A stretch of 64,000 bases of DNA from Raillietiella orientalis (taxonomy: Eukaryota), in contig JAYWIR010000039.1 in assembly GCA_036172245.1 (NCBI GenBank), forward strand, positions 620,001-684,000. The letters run 5' to 3'. Position 1 is the stretch's first letter. Every line of letters starts with the position of its first letter. The notes under the pieces were generated by a model. The model saw only the letters and a program-made list of their open reading frames with translations, was not told the DNA's origin and ran no database searches. A program made the translations under genes and the position numbers. Of the stretch, positions 63,921 to 64,000 are shown piece by piece.

Positions 63921-64000
63921 CCTCTGTACCAATGAATAGGCAGTGCCTGGGTATGGGTTAATAAATGAGCGCGCCACGACAGAATCTGATTCATCAGTTT

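Overview
This is eukaryotic, intron-containing DNA, almost certainly from an arthropod, given the chitin-binding Rebers-Riddiford cuticle protein and clip-like domains. Most of the ORF track is noise from GC-rich DNA. The first ~19 kb holds a 4-exon ALKBH4 gene and a 12-exon DNA2 nuclease/helicase gene. Eight DNA2 introns are 43-47 nt long, while one is ~9.1 kb and contains a nested antisense 3-exon cuticle protein gene. At 28.5-30.5 kb is a 2-exon gene for a secreted protein with two clip-like six-Cys modules and a long Pro-rich tail. From ~31 kb onward the DNA is a GC/CpG-rich graveyard of decayed L1/Tx1-type LINE pieces, an internally deleted mariner, possible hAT remnants and a ~100-nt dispersed/tandem repeat family. 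The most striking unexplained object is a ~1.04 kb retroposon-like insert (53625-54660). It has a tRNA-like Pol III head, an array of about 12 hairpin units with variable spacers, a 3' stem-loop, a poly(A) tail and a perfect 12-13 bp target-site duplication, and it contains no TTTT. All motif assignments were made by eye and need HMM/BLAST confirmation.
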